A DNA stretch of 64,000 nucleotides from Methanomassiliicoccales archaeon (GTDB taxonomy: Archaea; Thermoplasmatota; Thermoplasmata; Methanomassiliicoccales; UBA472), in the NCBI GenBank assembly GCA_028682895.1, contig JAJRAK010000057.1:60516-124515 (forward strand), read 5' to 3'. Made by a program: the position numbers and the translations under genes. The notes under the pieces are model-generated. The model made no database searches. It worked only from the letters and a program-made list of their open reading frames with translations, and had not been told where the DNA came from. Positions 27,474 to 36,389 of the stretch are shown one piece after another (the first letter of the stretch is position 1; each line of letters opens with the position of its first letter).

Positions 27474-28733
27474 CTATCCCTCGTTGTTGTCGATGATCCC
27501 GATTACGTCCAAGGCGTCCACGGTGCAGGGGACCCCTAGCATCTCGGAGAGATTGGGTTCCGTTCTGCCTTCATCCCCGTGAACGAACTCCTTCACATAG
27601 GTGCCGGACTCTGTGCGAAGGCGCAGCGTCATCTTGTCATCCTGGAATTCCTCCAGGACCACATAGACGATGTACCGTTCGCGCTTCAGGTCCGCACGCC
27701 TGTGGGCCACCCTAATGGGCGTCCGCTGGACTATACGGGTTCTGTTGAACGTGCGAAGCACATCATCAACTGCACCCTTATTAACTTTACCGTGAATGGA
27801 CACCTGCACCCGGTACTCCTTGTCGGGCGTGGCGTCCTTGACCTTGCGCACCTCTTCTCGCGAGGACGTGCGCAGGCCTTCCACCTCTACCAGTTCCTTG
27901 CTCTTCTCGTTGATCTCCTTCTCCAGAGCGGGAAGGTCCAAGGCACGCGTCACCGGGGAGCTTATCTCGATGACGAACGGACGCCCTGTGCCGAGCATGC
28001 GGGCGTCGATGTCCTCCCGGCCCATGCCGTGGAAGAAATGCTCCTTGGCCTGGGCGTACGGCAGTATGACGTCCCCGACCTGCTCTTGCACGCTGGTCTG
28101 GTACATCTTTCCGGTGTTGCCGCAGCGCGGGCATCCCTTCCCTTGGCACATGCGGCATGGCCATTTGGTCTGGGGTATCTCCCGTGAGAGCTTGCGATAG
28201 CGACCGTAGATGAAGAGCGGAGCGACGTCCAGCTCCACGTGGGCGAAGCGGGTGTCCAGCAGAGCGACCACCTGCGGGTTCTTGAAGTCCACGTCCTTGG
28301 AGGTGATGGCGTAGACCGCCTTGCCTATCTCCCGGTTGAGCTCGGACTTGATAGGCTCGGCGAACTCCTGTCCGACCAAGGACCACAGCTCCTCCTCGCG
28401 GGACTGGACCACGGGGTCGACACGCGTGCCCACCAAGAAATTATCGTAATGGACCTCCTGAAGTTTCAGTGCCACGGCCTCGGCGAAGCGCGGGACCTGG
28501 TCGAAGATCTCATCGCACACGGAGCACCTCTGGTGCACCATCGGGCCTAGCCCCCTCGCCGCCCTGTCCTCGTTGATGAGCAGGCGCAGCTCGGCCCCCC
28601 GGCGCTCGTCCGTCGTTCCCGTACCGACGTGGGCGAACGGTCTTCCCAGGCAATGATCGCAAAGGTCCTTGTCCTGGGCCTTGAGAGCCTGCTCTAGCAC
28701 TTCCTTCATGGTCGGCCGACCTACCTCTTTCAC
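27474..28733 (-). CDS. pus10: tRNA pseudouridine(54/55) synthase Pus10
   Basis: N-terminal Zn-ribbon (CDHCLGR...CSVCDEIF), THUMP-like region and C-terminal pseudouridine synthase domain. About 419 aa, typical of archaeal Pus10. Confidence 0.75.
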   Translation of the reverse strand: MKEVGRPTMKEVLEQALKAQDKDLCDHCLGRPFAHVGTGTTDERRGAELRLLINEDRAARGLGPMVHQRCSVCDEIFDQVPRFAEAVALKLQEVHYDNFLVGTRVDPVVQSREEELWSLVGQEFAEPIKSELNREIGKAVYAITSKDVDFKNPQVVALLDTRFAHVELDVAPLFIYGRYRKLSREIPQTKWPCRMCQGKGCPRCGNTGKMYQTSVQEQVGDVILPYAQAKEHFFHGMGREDIDARMLGTGRPFVIEISSPVTRALDLPALEKEINEKSKELVEVEGLRTSSREEVRKVKDATPDKEYRVQVSIHGKVNKGAVDDVLRTFNRTRIVQRTPIRVAHRRADLKRERYIVYVVLEEFQDDKMTLRLRTESGTYVKEFVHGDEGRTEPNLSEMLGVPCTVDALDVIGIIDNNEG

Positions 28734-28848
28734 CTACATAAAATATTGTCAAGGACGTGACGATGAACGATCTAGTGTTGCATGTAGAAAAAAGGATTAT
28801 CCAGTTGGACCAACATCATCTTCTGTGCCAGGCAGACATCCCCCTCTT

Positions 28849-29622
28849 ATGCGCCAATATATGATGTTCGTTGACATCAGAGAGAAAGCATCAAAGACTG
28901 GTAGGATAGATCTGAGCGCGATTGGTTTCTTTACTCCTTCGAACCTCTTACCGATCTTGATCTTCATAAGGAAAGCACCACCTGGAATACCGATAGTGCC
29001 TCCTGACGACCCTAACGTCAATTCTTATCTGTGGTATATGCAGAGTGACCTTGGTGCGGAGAACAGGAATAAACAAAATTATCTCCCAGTCGTAAGCCTC
29101 CCGAAAGTGGAATCGGAATGCGCACCTATTCTGAATAAGATCTATGACCTTGGAGAGAATGCTGGGGGTAAAAACGCTTTCAGATATCTTATCGGAGAAC
29201 TCGTTGATAACATCTATCAACACTCGCTGTTCAAGAACGCCTTGATCATGGTCCAAAAATACCCAAGGAATGAGGAGATGCATCTTTGCATAATTGATGA
29301 TGGTATTACCATCCGTGGCAGTCTGGCCAACGCAGGAATGATTCTTGATGATGACCAGGCGATAATTGATGCTATCCAAGGAGCTTCTTCAAAGAATGAT
29401 GATGAGAGAGGTAAAGGGCTTGGGTCCAGTATGAAATTGCTGACCGAAGGATACCGTGGAAATGTGCTTATTTTATCTGGAGGAGGAGCTGTACATTATG
29501 ATGAGGAAGGAGCCATGAGATATCTTTTATCTGACATGTATAAATATGAGGGAACTATGATAAGCATGATAATCCCATTAACAACCGCAGAGGTGAACGT
29601 CTTTGACTATGCAGATTTATAA
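28849..29622 (+). CDS. GHKL-superfamily ATPase/kinase (RsbW/SpoIIAB-like HATPase_c) with novel N-terminal region of about 100 aa
   Basis: N-box ELVDNIYQHS, G1 box CIIDDGITIRGS, G2 box ERGKGLGSSMKLL. Lies in a local GC trough (about 42% against about 58% background). The upstream part of the supplied ORF (28669-28848) overlaps pus10 and is unlikely to be coding. Confidence 0.6.
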   Translation: MRQYMMFVDIREKASKTGRIDLSAIGFFTPSNLLPILIFIRKAPPGIPIVPPDDPNVNSYLWYMQSDLGAENRNKQNYLPVVSLPKVESECAPILNKIYDLGENAGGKNAFRYLIGELVDNIYQHSLFKNALIMVQKYPRNEEMHLCIIDDGITIRGSLANAGMILDDDQAIIDAIQGASSKNDDERGKGLGSSMKLLTEGYRGNVLILSGGGAVHYDEEGAMRYLLSDMYKYEGTMISMIIPLTTAEVNVFDYADL

Positions 29623-29917
29623 GGTATCTATTGCGAAAGAGCTGTCCCCAGATCTGGCATTGAGAGATGTTGCATCTTCGTTCATGAACAAAATGGCGAA
29701 CGTTGATTCTGACGAGGTCGAGATCGATTTTGAAGGCGTTGAGTCCATCACTCGTTCGTTCGCACATGAATATCTCACGCGGAAACGCGCCATGACGATC
29801 ATATTGAGCGAGGTCAATGTTCCAGCCAACGTCCGTAAGATGTTCGCCATCATCCAGAACTCCGAGATGAGACCCAGGTTCGATGCACTGCGCAACGCCC
29901 CCATAATTAAGATCTAG
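29603..29917 (+). CDS. DUF4325 / STAS-like small protein (putative antagonist partner of the adjacent GHKL ATPase)
   Basis: 104 aa. ...SDEVEIDFEGVESITRSFAHEYLTR...ILSEVNVPANVRKMFAII resembles STAS/anti-sigma-antagonist-like DUF4325. Overlaps the GHKL gene's end by about 20 nt. Confidence 0.55.
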   Translation: MTMQIYKVSIAKELSPDLALRDVASSFMNKMANVDSDEVEIDFEGVESITRSFAHEYLTRKRAMTIILSEVNVPANVRKMFAIIQNSEMRPRFDALRNAPIIKI

Positions 29918-30022
29918 TCGGGACGTGAACGAGCAGGGTCGATGGCCCTATCATCGCCCTCATTTTCTTAACATGCAAAAGAGCTTAATCCCCTGGGCAT
30001 CATCACCGTCCCGGAAAGACCA

Positions 30023-30937
30023 ATGGCCGAGTGCAAGGACTTCCTGGAGTGCGTGCGCAAGAAGGGGTACAAGGTCAGTTCCATGTCCGTCTCCCATCTG
30101 GACGAGGTCAGGGAGGACGTGGAGCGCTTACGCAGGGACGGTCTTCTTTCCAATGAGATATATGACGAGTATCTTTTCCGTTTTAAATACCGCATCCCTG
30201 AGTCCTTCCCAGCTGCAAAGAGCATCATAGTGGCCTCCGTGCCCCAGCCGGTCTGCGAGCTCACCTTCAACTGGGAAGGACGGAGGATCAGGACGATCAT
30301 ACCACCCACCTACGCCAAGGCCGTGGACGTGGACATGGAGATCGTCTCCATGCTGGAGAGATGCGACGGGAACGGCGTGCATCTTATGCGCGCGATATTG
30401 CCACACAAGACGCTGGCCGCCCGGACCGGTCTGGTCAAGTACGGCCGCAACAACATCACATACGTTCCGGAGTTCGGCAGCTATCACAGGCTTACCAGCT
30501 TCTTCACCAACCGCGAACTGCCTGACAATTGGCAAAAGACGGAAGTGATGGAGAGATGCGCGGACTGCGGGGCCTGCGCACGGAAATGCCCCACCAAGGC
30601 GATATCCGATGACCGTTTCCTAGTACACGCTGAAAGGTGCCTCACCCTTCACAACGAGAGGCCGAACGATGTTCCGTTCCCGAAGTTCGTTTCACCGGAC
30701 ATGCACAACGCCATCATAGGGTGCATGGTCTGCCAGAAGGTATGCCCGGCCAACGCCGAGGCGAAGAAGCGCATGGTATCCTGCGCCGAGCTCAGCGAGG
30801 AGGAGACGGAGTTCCTGATGAAGGGCGACCGCAGCGGACCTATGGCCAAGAACATGGTAGAGCGACTGGAGCCGTTGGGGCTGGAGATCGATCTTTTCCC
30901 TAGGAACCTGCAGGTCCTGCTGGACCAGATGCGATGA
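30023..30937 (+). CDS. QueG/reductive-dehalogenase-family iron-sulfur protein (two 4Fe-4S motifs)
   Basis: LPHKTLAARTGLVKYGRNNITYVPEFGSYHRL is QueG/RdhA-like. CADCGACARKCP and CMVCQKVCPAN are ferredoxin motifs; CLTLHNE. Confidence 0.5.
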   Translation: MAECKDFLECVRKKGYKVSSMSVSHLDEVREDVERLRRDGLLSNEIYDEYLFRFKYRIPESFPAAKSIIVASVPQPVCELTFNWEGRRIRTIIPPTYAKAVDVDMEIVSMLERCDGNGVHLMRAILPHKTLAARTGLVKYGRNNITYVPEFGSYHRLTSFFTNRELPDNWQKTEVMERCADCGACARKCPTKAISDDRFLVHAERCLTLHNERPNDVPFPKFVSPDMHNAIIGCMVCQKVCPANAEAKKRMVSCAELSEEETEFLMKGDRSGPMAKNMVERLEPLGLEIDLFPRNLQVLLDQMR

Positions 30938-30945
30938 TCTTTTGA

Positions 30946-31491
30946 TCAGAGCTCGAAACCCATCTCGGCGATGTGCAGCTCGGCCCTCTTCCTTTCCAGG
31001 AACTTGTACACGGTGGCGTGCTCGCTGCCGCTGAGCAGCATGTCGACGGCCTTGCGCGCCACTGGCATCTGTACGGAGTTGCCGATTATGCCGACGGTGT
31101 CGCCGTAGACGGAGATGTTCACCCCGACCAGGTCCTCGATTATGCGCCTGGTCTTTCCGCCGGCGCCTATGACCCGGGAACGAACGCGTATCAGCGCGTT
31201 GTTGCTCTTTCCGACGTAATCGTCTATCTCGATCAGTTCCAGATATTCATCGTCGTCCAACAGCCGGAAGGCCTTCTGCGGGGCGAACCCACGGCCGATG
31301 GCCTTGACTATGTCCATGATCTTCAGCGGCATGAGCGGGTCCTCGGTCTTCGTCTCATCGAAGGAGACCTCGCCCTCTTCCGCGTCGATGTTGATCCTCA
31401 GACCGGTCCTTGATTCGAGGAACCTCTTGGTCTCGCCGCCTTGGCCTATGATGGCGCCTACGCGCTCCTTCGGGATCTTGACGAACTTCAT
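30946..31491 (-). CDS. KH-domain RNA-binding protein (Pno1/Dim2-like)
   Basis: Two KH-like modules (IGAIIGQGGETKRFLESRTG...; VIGAGGKTRRIIEDLVG). Conserved neighbour of rio1 in archaea. Confidence 0.7.
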   Translation of the reverse strand: MKFVKIPKERVGAIIGQGGETKRFLESRTGLRINIDAEEGEVSFDETKTEDPLMPLKIMDIVKAIGRGFAPQKAFRLLDDDEYLELIEIDDYVGKSNNALIRVRSRVIGAGGKTRRIIEDLVGVNISVYGDTVGIIGNSVQMPVARKAVDMLLSGSEHATVYKFLERKRAELHIAEMGFEL

Positions 31492-32279
31492 TCTCGGCGT
31501 ACCCCCTTGACGTACTTCAGGACGGTCTCGTCGCTCCACACCTCGACGTCCAGGCTGCGGAAGTAGCGGTTGATGTTCTTGATGTCCCTCTTGAGGAACT
31601 CCAAGGAATTAGGGTGATCGACCAGCATGCCCTGGCCGCAATCTATGATGTACGGTTCACCATCGTGGAACAGTATGTTGTACTCGCTCAGGTCCCCGTG
31701 CACCAGCTTGGCCTTCTGATAGGCGCGCTTCATGAAGCGGACTATCTCGCGATATACCTTCTGCGGATGCTCCAACCGTACGGTGCGTATCTGGGGAGCG
31801 GCCATGACCTCATCGCCCAGATAGTCCATGACGATGACGTTCCTTATGAAGCGCCTGGGATGCGGGACGCGGACCCCGGCGGCCTCCAGGCGGCAGAGGT
31901 TCTTGTACTCCTTGGTGGTCCAGGCGTAAATGAGCTTGCGGGTGTTGCCCGTGATGCCCTTGAAGCGCGGGTCGCCCTCGATGTACTTGGCTATGTTCTT
32001 GAAAGTGGAATTGGACGTGCGGAATATTTTTAACGCTACGTGCTCGCCGTCGGGCGTGGTGGCCCGGAACACGTTCCCTTCCTTGCCGGTGGAGATGGGA
32101 AAATCTACGGTGGAGATGCGCTTCTCGCATGTCAGTTTGTAGATGACACCGAGGGTGAGATTGTCGAACACCTCCTCCATGACCTTACGCCCCTCTTGAG
32201 AGTTGGAGAAGGAACGGGTAAGGCGGAGCTTATCCACATCTCGCTCCAGCTTGAGGATGTTGCGGTCCTCTTTTGACAT
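31488..32279 (-). CDS. rio1: RIO-type serine/threonine protein kinase Rio1
   Basis: ISTGKEGNVFRA...VALKIFR..., LVHGDLSEYNIL and IIDCGQ are RIO kinase motifs. Confidence 0.85.
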   Translation of the reverse strand: MSKEDRNILKLERDVDKLRLTRSFSNSQEGRKVMEEVFDNLTLGVIYKLTCEKRISTVDFPISTGKEGNVFRATTPDGEHVALKIFRTSNSTFKNIAKYIEGDPRFKGITGNTRKLIYAWTTKEYKNLCRLEAAGVRVPHPRRFIRNVIVMDYLGDEVMAAPQIRTVRLEHPQKVYREIVRFMKRAYQKAKLVHGDLSEYNILFHDGEPYIIDCGQGMLVDHPNSLEFLKRDIKNINRYFRSLDVEVWSDETVLKYVKGVRRE

Positions 32280-32286
32280 TTGTTCC

Positions 32287-32679
32287 TCAGAAGATGTCCA
32301 GGTTCTTCGGTAAGACCTTTCTGCGGCTCAGGTAGCTGGCCTGGGTCTTGGTGTAGCGGTAAAGAACATCGCACTTGTCCTCCTGGAAGTCCCAAGGGCG
32401 GATGATGACCAGGTCGCCTTCCCTGATCCACATCCTCTTCTTGATCTTCCCAGGGATACGCCCCATGCGAGATTTTCCGTCGGCGCACATTATCTTGATG
32501 CGGGATGCGCCTAGCAGCTGGTCCGCTATTCCGAACATCTCGCCTTCCTTCTTGTTCGGGTACGGGCAGCGAAGGATCTCTTCGCTCTCAGCGCCTTGAT
32601 CTCCCTGGGGTAAAGATTCGTTGCTCAATGGAAGCCTCCAATGGTAGAGTTCCTTTAAACCTGTTCCTCTATATAACAT
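32287..32679 (-). CDS. eif1a: Translation initiation factor 1A (aIF-1A)
   Basis: EMFGIADQLLGASRIKIMCADGKSRMGRIPGKIKKRMWIREGDLVIIRPW is the S1-like OB fold of eIF-1A. True start may be the in-frame TTG at about 32628. Confidence 0.8.
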   Translation of the reverse strand: MLYRGTGLKELYHWRLPLSNESLPQGDQGAESEEILRCPYPNKKEGEMFGIADQLLGASRIKIMCADGKSRMGRIPGKIKKRMWIREGDLVIIRPWDFQEDKCDVLYRYTKTQASYLSRRKVLPKNLDIF

Positions 32680-32950
32680 TGGTGCAACGCTATTAAAAAG
32701 GGTTGAAGACTGGATTGGGCGGAACGATCGCTCCAGTGTTTTATGGATTTTCTCGATCGTGCCCTAATTATTACAGAACGTCCCACGATAGGGACAGGAT
32801 GTTCAGACCCTGCATTATAACGGCCTGTTCGATGGTGAGCGCCACCGCCAAATGAAGATATTGACCTAGGTTAAGAGCGGGAGGCACCGACAGGAAAAGC
32901 TTGTCCAGATGGGCTGTGCGATTTGCAAGCCCGTTGATGCATGCACCAAG

Positions 32951-32966
32951 TTTTAAGTAATATATT
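32951..32966 (+). promoter_or_regulatory. Archaeal BRE/TATA-box-like element about 30 nt upstream of tRNA-Glu
   Basis: ttttaagtaatatatt is centred about 30 bp before the tRNA 5' end at 32988. Confidence 0.5.
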
Positions 32967-32987
32967 CATTATCAAGCGCCATCCTAC

Positions 32988-33090
32988 GCTCCCGTAGTGT
33001 AGTCCGGCCAATCATTCCGCCCTTTCAACATCGCCGAATGGCGTTGGAGGGTAGGCGGTGACTCGGGTTCAAATCCCGGCGGGAGCACCA
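32988..33090 (+). tRNA. tRNA-Glu (anticodon UUC) with a canonical anticodon-loop intron of about 25 nt; CCA encoded
   Basis: Acceptor GCTCCCG/CGGGAGC. Anticodon stem CCGCC/GGCGG with loop C-T-TTC-A. An insertion of about 25 nt (ACATCGCCGAATGGCGTTGGAGGGT) follows at position 37/38. T-arm TCGGGTTCAAATCCCGG; ACCA terminus. Closely resembles archaeal tRNA-Glu. Confidence 0.8.
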
Positions 33091-33152
33091 TATTTTTCTG
33101 GTCAATCTGAGAATAAGAGTACTTTGTAGAAAAAGGAAAGGGAAGGGGTTTC

Positions 33153-35261
33153 CTAAGAGGTTTGAGCCTCCTTTTCACTGGCCTTCCGGGTCTCCTCCGC
33201 GGCCACCTTCTGCGTCAGATAGAGGGTCAGGACCTCTCCCAGGTTCCCGCTCTCACCGTTACCGGAGACGAGCGTGTCCGGGACGATCTTGATCTTCCCT
33301 TGTGCGATAGCTTCGATGATCTTCAGCCGGGTGATGTTCTCCCTGCCCATGGCCTCGACCTGAGCACGGAACGCATCGGCCATTCCTTCTCCGACCGCCT
33401 TCTGGGAGTACGCCTCGGACTCACCGACGTTCCTGATACGGGACGCCTCCGCCTCACCGAGGTACTTGACCTTCGATGCGTCCGCCTTTCCGGTCATCTC
33501 GGTCTTCACCGCCTCCGCCTCACCCATGTACCGGACCCTCATCGCGTCCGCCTTTCCGGTCATCTCGGTCTTAGCGGCCTCGGCCTCGGCGATGGACTTT
33601 ATCTTCAGTGCCTCACCTTCGGCCATCTTCTGCAGCTTGTAGCTCTCCCCTTCGGCCAGGATCATGTTGTATGCTTTGTCCCCTTCCGCGGTCTTCCTTC
33701 TCGCGTCGGCCCTGCTCTGCTCGATCTCGATGGATAGCTTCGCGGCCATGACCTCGCCCTGCTTGTCGGCCTGAGCGGTCTTGGAGATGACGTCCTTCCT
33801 CATCTCCTGAGCCTCTGCCTGCTTCTGGAACTGGGCCAGCTGCTGTTCCGCGATCTCCTTGTCCGTCTGGGTCTTCATCAGCTCCGGCGGGGCCAGTATA
33901 TAGGACACCAGCAGGTTCTGGGCCTCGACGTGGTACTTGTCGAACTCCAACCTGGCCGTGTTCAATGCCTCCTCCTGCAGCCTGGTCCTGCTCTTGATGA
34001 ACTCGATGGCCTTCTCGTTACCGGCCTTGTTACGGAAGGATGAATCGATCAATGGGTGGACGATCTGCTGGATCAGGTTCTCGACCGAACCGAACCTGGC
34101 GATGACGAAGGGCGCGTTCTCCGGCCGGATGCGGATGATCATCCTCACGTCCACGTCCAACGTGAACGCGTCAGAGCTGGTGACCTTTAATTGGCTGAAC
34201 TTGAAGAAGTCGTCCCCCTTCTGGCTCTTGTCCGAGTCGCCCTTCGCGGACATCTCGGCGGCCCAATCGATGGTGATGGCGCTGGTCGGCACCAGGTACG
34301 GTGTGAAGGCCAGCGGGTTCAGGTTGTACTTTCCCGGGGCTACCGGCTCCCTCCATATCCCGCGGACGTTCTTGTCGGTGATGAGCAGCGTCTCCGCATC
34401 CTCGTGCACCGGCGTCGCGATGTCGTCCGATCCGGTATTGCGGCTGGGGAATCCTTCCTTGGACTCCAGCTCCACGCCTATATTGGACCGGATGACCGCC
34501 ACGTACCCGGGGGGCACCTCCTGGATCTTAACTGGCTTGACCGAGAACAAAAGGGGATTGATGTAATACACCCCGGGCTGAAGCGATTCCTGCTGCGTCC
34601 CTCTGAATCCGCCGGAGTCTAGGAACGCCTGCCCGTCCGTGAAGTGCTTGTGGGTCTTTGCGTTCAAAAATTTTTCAGAGGTCACCTCGGACGGCGTCGG
34701 TGCGATCAGGTAACCTGAAGGAAGCGACTGACCGTCCTCTGCTATGACGACACCTATCATCTCCGCATCGATCTTGGTCGCCTTGCTAACGGTGACCATG
34801 AACGCGCTGGTGTTGATACGGTATACACCGGGCCTTAGTATCGCGACCTGCGGCCCCTTCATCCCGCCGTTCTGCAGGAACATCTTGGCGTCCTGGAAGT
34901 TGTTGCTCTCGATCTCGTCACCCAGGACCCGGCCTTTCTGCATCGGCCTGCCATCAATAGCATTGACCACGCCTATCGAGTCCGGTCCGATGAAGACCAC
35001 GTTGACCTTCTCGATGGTCCATATGAACGGCATCCTCCAATAGAGACCGGGCATCAACGTGTCCGCCTGGATACCTACCTCGCCATCAAGAGCGATTATG
35101 TGTCCCTGTGGCATGGTCTTTCCGAACATCTTCTTTCGCTTGATCCCTACCTGGTCATCTTGAATGAGATACAATCCAGCGTAGACAAAAAAGGCAGCCA
35201 CTACTATTGCTATTACGCTCACGATGAACAGCGCATCTGTTAGAAATCCTAAACCAGACAT
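33153..35261 (-). CDS. Flotillin-like SPFH/band-7 domain protein with N-terminal TM and long coiled-coil tail
   Basis: 702 aa. N-terminal TM, SPFH core, then a long E/A/K-rich heptad region (AEAEAAKTEMTGKADA... repeats). Confidence 0.7.
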   Translation of the reverse strand: MSGLGFLTDALFIVSVIAIVVAAFFVYAGLYLIQDDQVGIKRKKMFGKTMPQGHIIALDGEVGIQADTLMPGLYWRMPFIWTIEKVNVVFIGPDSIGVVNAIDGRPMQKGRVLGDEIESNNFQDAKMFLQNGGMKGPQVAILRPGVYRINTSAFMVTVSKATKIDAEMIGVVIAEDGQSLPSGYLIAPTPSEVTSEKFLNAKTHKHFTDGQAFLDSGGFRGTQQESLQPGVYYINPLLFSVKPVKIQEVPPGYVAVIRSNIGVELESKEGFPSRNTGSDDIATPVHEDAETLLITDKNVRGIWREPVAPGKYNLNPLAFTPYLVPTSAITIDWAAEMSAKGDSDKSQKGDDFFKFSQLKVTSSDAFTLDVDVRMIIRIRPENAPFVIARFGSVENLIQQIVHPLIDSSFRNKAGNEKAIEFIKSRTRLQEEALNTARLEFDKYHVEAQNLLVSYILAPPELMKTQTDKEIAEQQLAQFQKQAEAQEMRKDVISKTAQADKQGEVMAAKLSIEIEQSRADARRKTAEGDKAYNMILAEGESYKLQKMAEGEALKIKSIAEAEAAKTEMTGKADAMRVRYMGEAEAVKTEMTGKADASKVKYLGEAEASRIRNVGESEAYSQKAVGEGMADAFRAQVEAMGRENITRLKIIEAIAQGKIKIVPDTLVSGNGESGNLGEVLTLYLTQKVAAEETRKASEKEAQTS

Positions 35262-35466
35262 TTTGACCTCCCCCGCCGCGATATTTTTTTATCATATATT
35301 TATAATAAATCCCAGTGACTTTTTAATAAAAAATAATATATTAATTGATGTTGATTAATTTCAATGGAGCACTTTCACGCATATCCAGTAAAATATTTGT
35401 ATGTGTTAATAAAATAAAAATTGCATTAAAACTTTTATTGTATGATACGAAGGACGAGTCGGAGCT

Positions 35467-36204
35467 CTATGCTATCATCCTTACCGCGAACCTATCATCG
35501 CGGGCGGTTAGATCGAGAGCTTCTTCACTGGTCAGATGTGATTTCGCCACGTTCTTGAGATGCTTACGACATGCCTTGACCACTGCCGTCATCTGTTCGT
35601 CCGTGGGGCGGGAATAAGTCTGCCCTGGAACTGGGATGTACCCCATGATGTGGAATGGGATGTTGACGTCTATGCTTGCTATCCACTCGGCCAGCGACTC
35701 GATCTGATCTGTGTCCACATATCCTGGGATGTAGACGATGTTGGCCTTCATCCTCATGCCGGAACATACCGCTGCCTCGAAATTCTGATAGATCAGTTCC
35801 TTTGGCCTTCCAGTGTAGTCCAGGTGCACCTGTTCGTCCCAAGCCTTGATGCCGACGTTCGCGCCATCGAGATTAGGAATGGGCAATTGACTGCCGTTGG
35901 TATGCCCCAGGAAGGTCGCGGCGCCAATCTCGTTCTTAATGAACTCGAGCATCTCAGGCAGTTCCTTTGAGCAGGTCGGTTCTCCTCCCATGAAATATAC
36001 CGTATCGACCGACACGGACTGAAGTGCCTTCTTCATCTCAGGTACGGTCAAGAACCGCTTGGGTTTGGGATATGACAGTCCCGGGGTCCCATTCGCACCA
36101 CTGCGCAGTTTGTAGCTACATATGGCACAACGGAAAGTGCAGCCATAGTTGTGAAGCGTAGCAAAACGATATTTTTCGTTGTATGTGATGCTGTGGAATG
36201 ACAT
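35467..36204 (-). CDS. Radical SAM protein (activase-like, PflA/QueE-type)
   Basis: CTFRCAIC (CxxxCxxC) and FMGGEPT are radical SAM activase-like motifs. Confidence 0.65.
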   Translation of the reverse strand: MSFHSITYNEKYRFATLHNYGCTFRCAICSYKLRSGANGTPGLSYPKPKRFLTVPEMKKALQSVSVDTVYFMGGEPTCSKELPEMLEFIKNEIGAATFLGHTNGSQLPIPNLDGANVGIKAWDEQVHLDYTGRPKELIYQNFEAAVCSGMRMKANIVYIPGYVDTDQIESLAEWIASIDVNIPFHIMGYIPVPGQTYSRPTDEQMTAVVKACRKHLKNVAKSHLTSEEALDLTARDDRFAVRMIA

Positions 36205-36389
36205 GTACTTCCCCTGAAAATTTATTATTTACAGTTGAAATAGATCTTATGGAAAATGTGAGTAGGAAGAAAAATATAAAAATGTTACGAAAACAAAAAC
36301 CAGATTGCCATATAGAAAAAGGATTCTGGAAGTTGCCTTGAGCTGGCATCGCGCATGCGTTTATGGTTATGTCCGATCGGTATGATCGC

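Noticed and set aside
28669-28848. N-terminal 60 codons of the supplied 317-aa GHKL ORF
   Set aside because: Overlaps the pus10 coding region and its high-GC composition. The compositional break and the first ATG at 28849 fit a shorter gene.
33162-33737. 191-aa plus-strand ORF
   Set aside because: Antisense to the flotillin coiled-coil region. Repetitive Leu/Arg-rich artefact of the heptad-repeat DNA.
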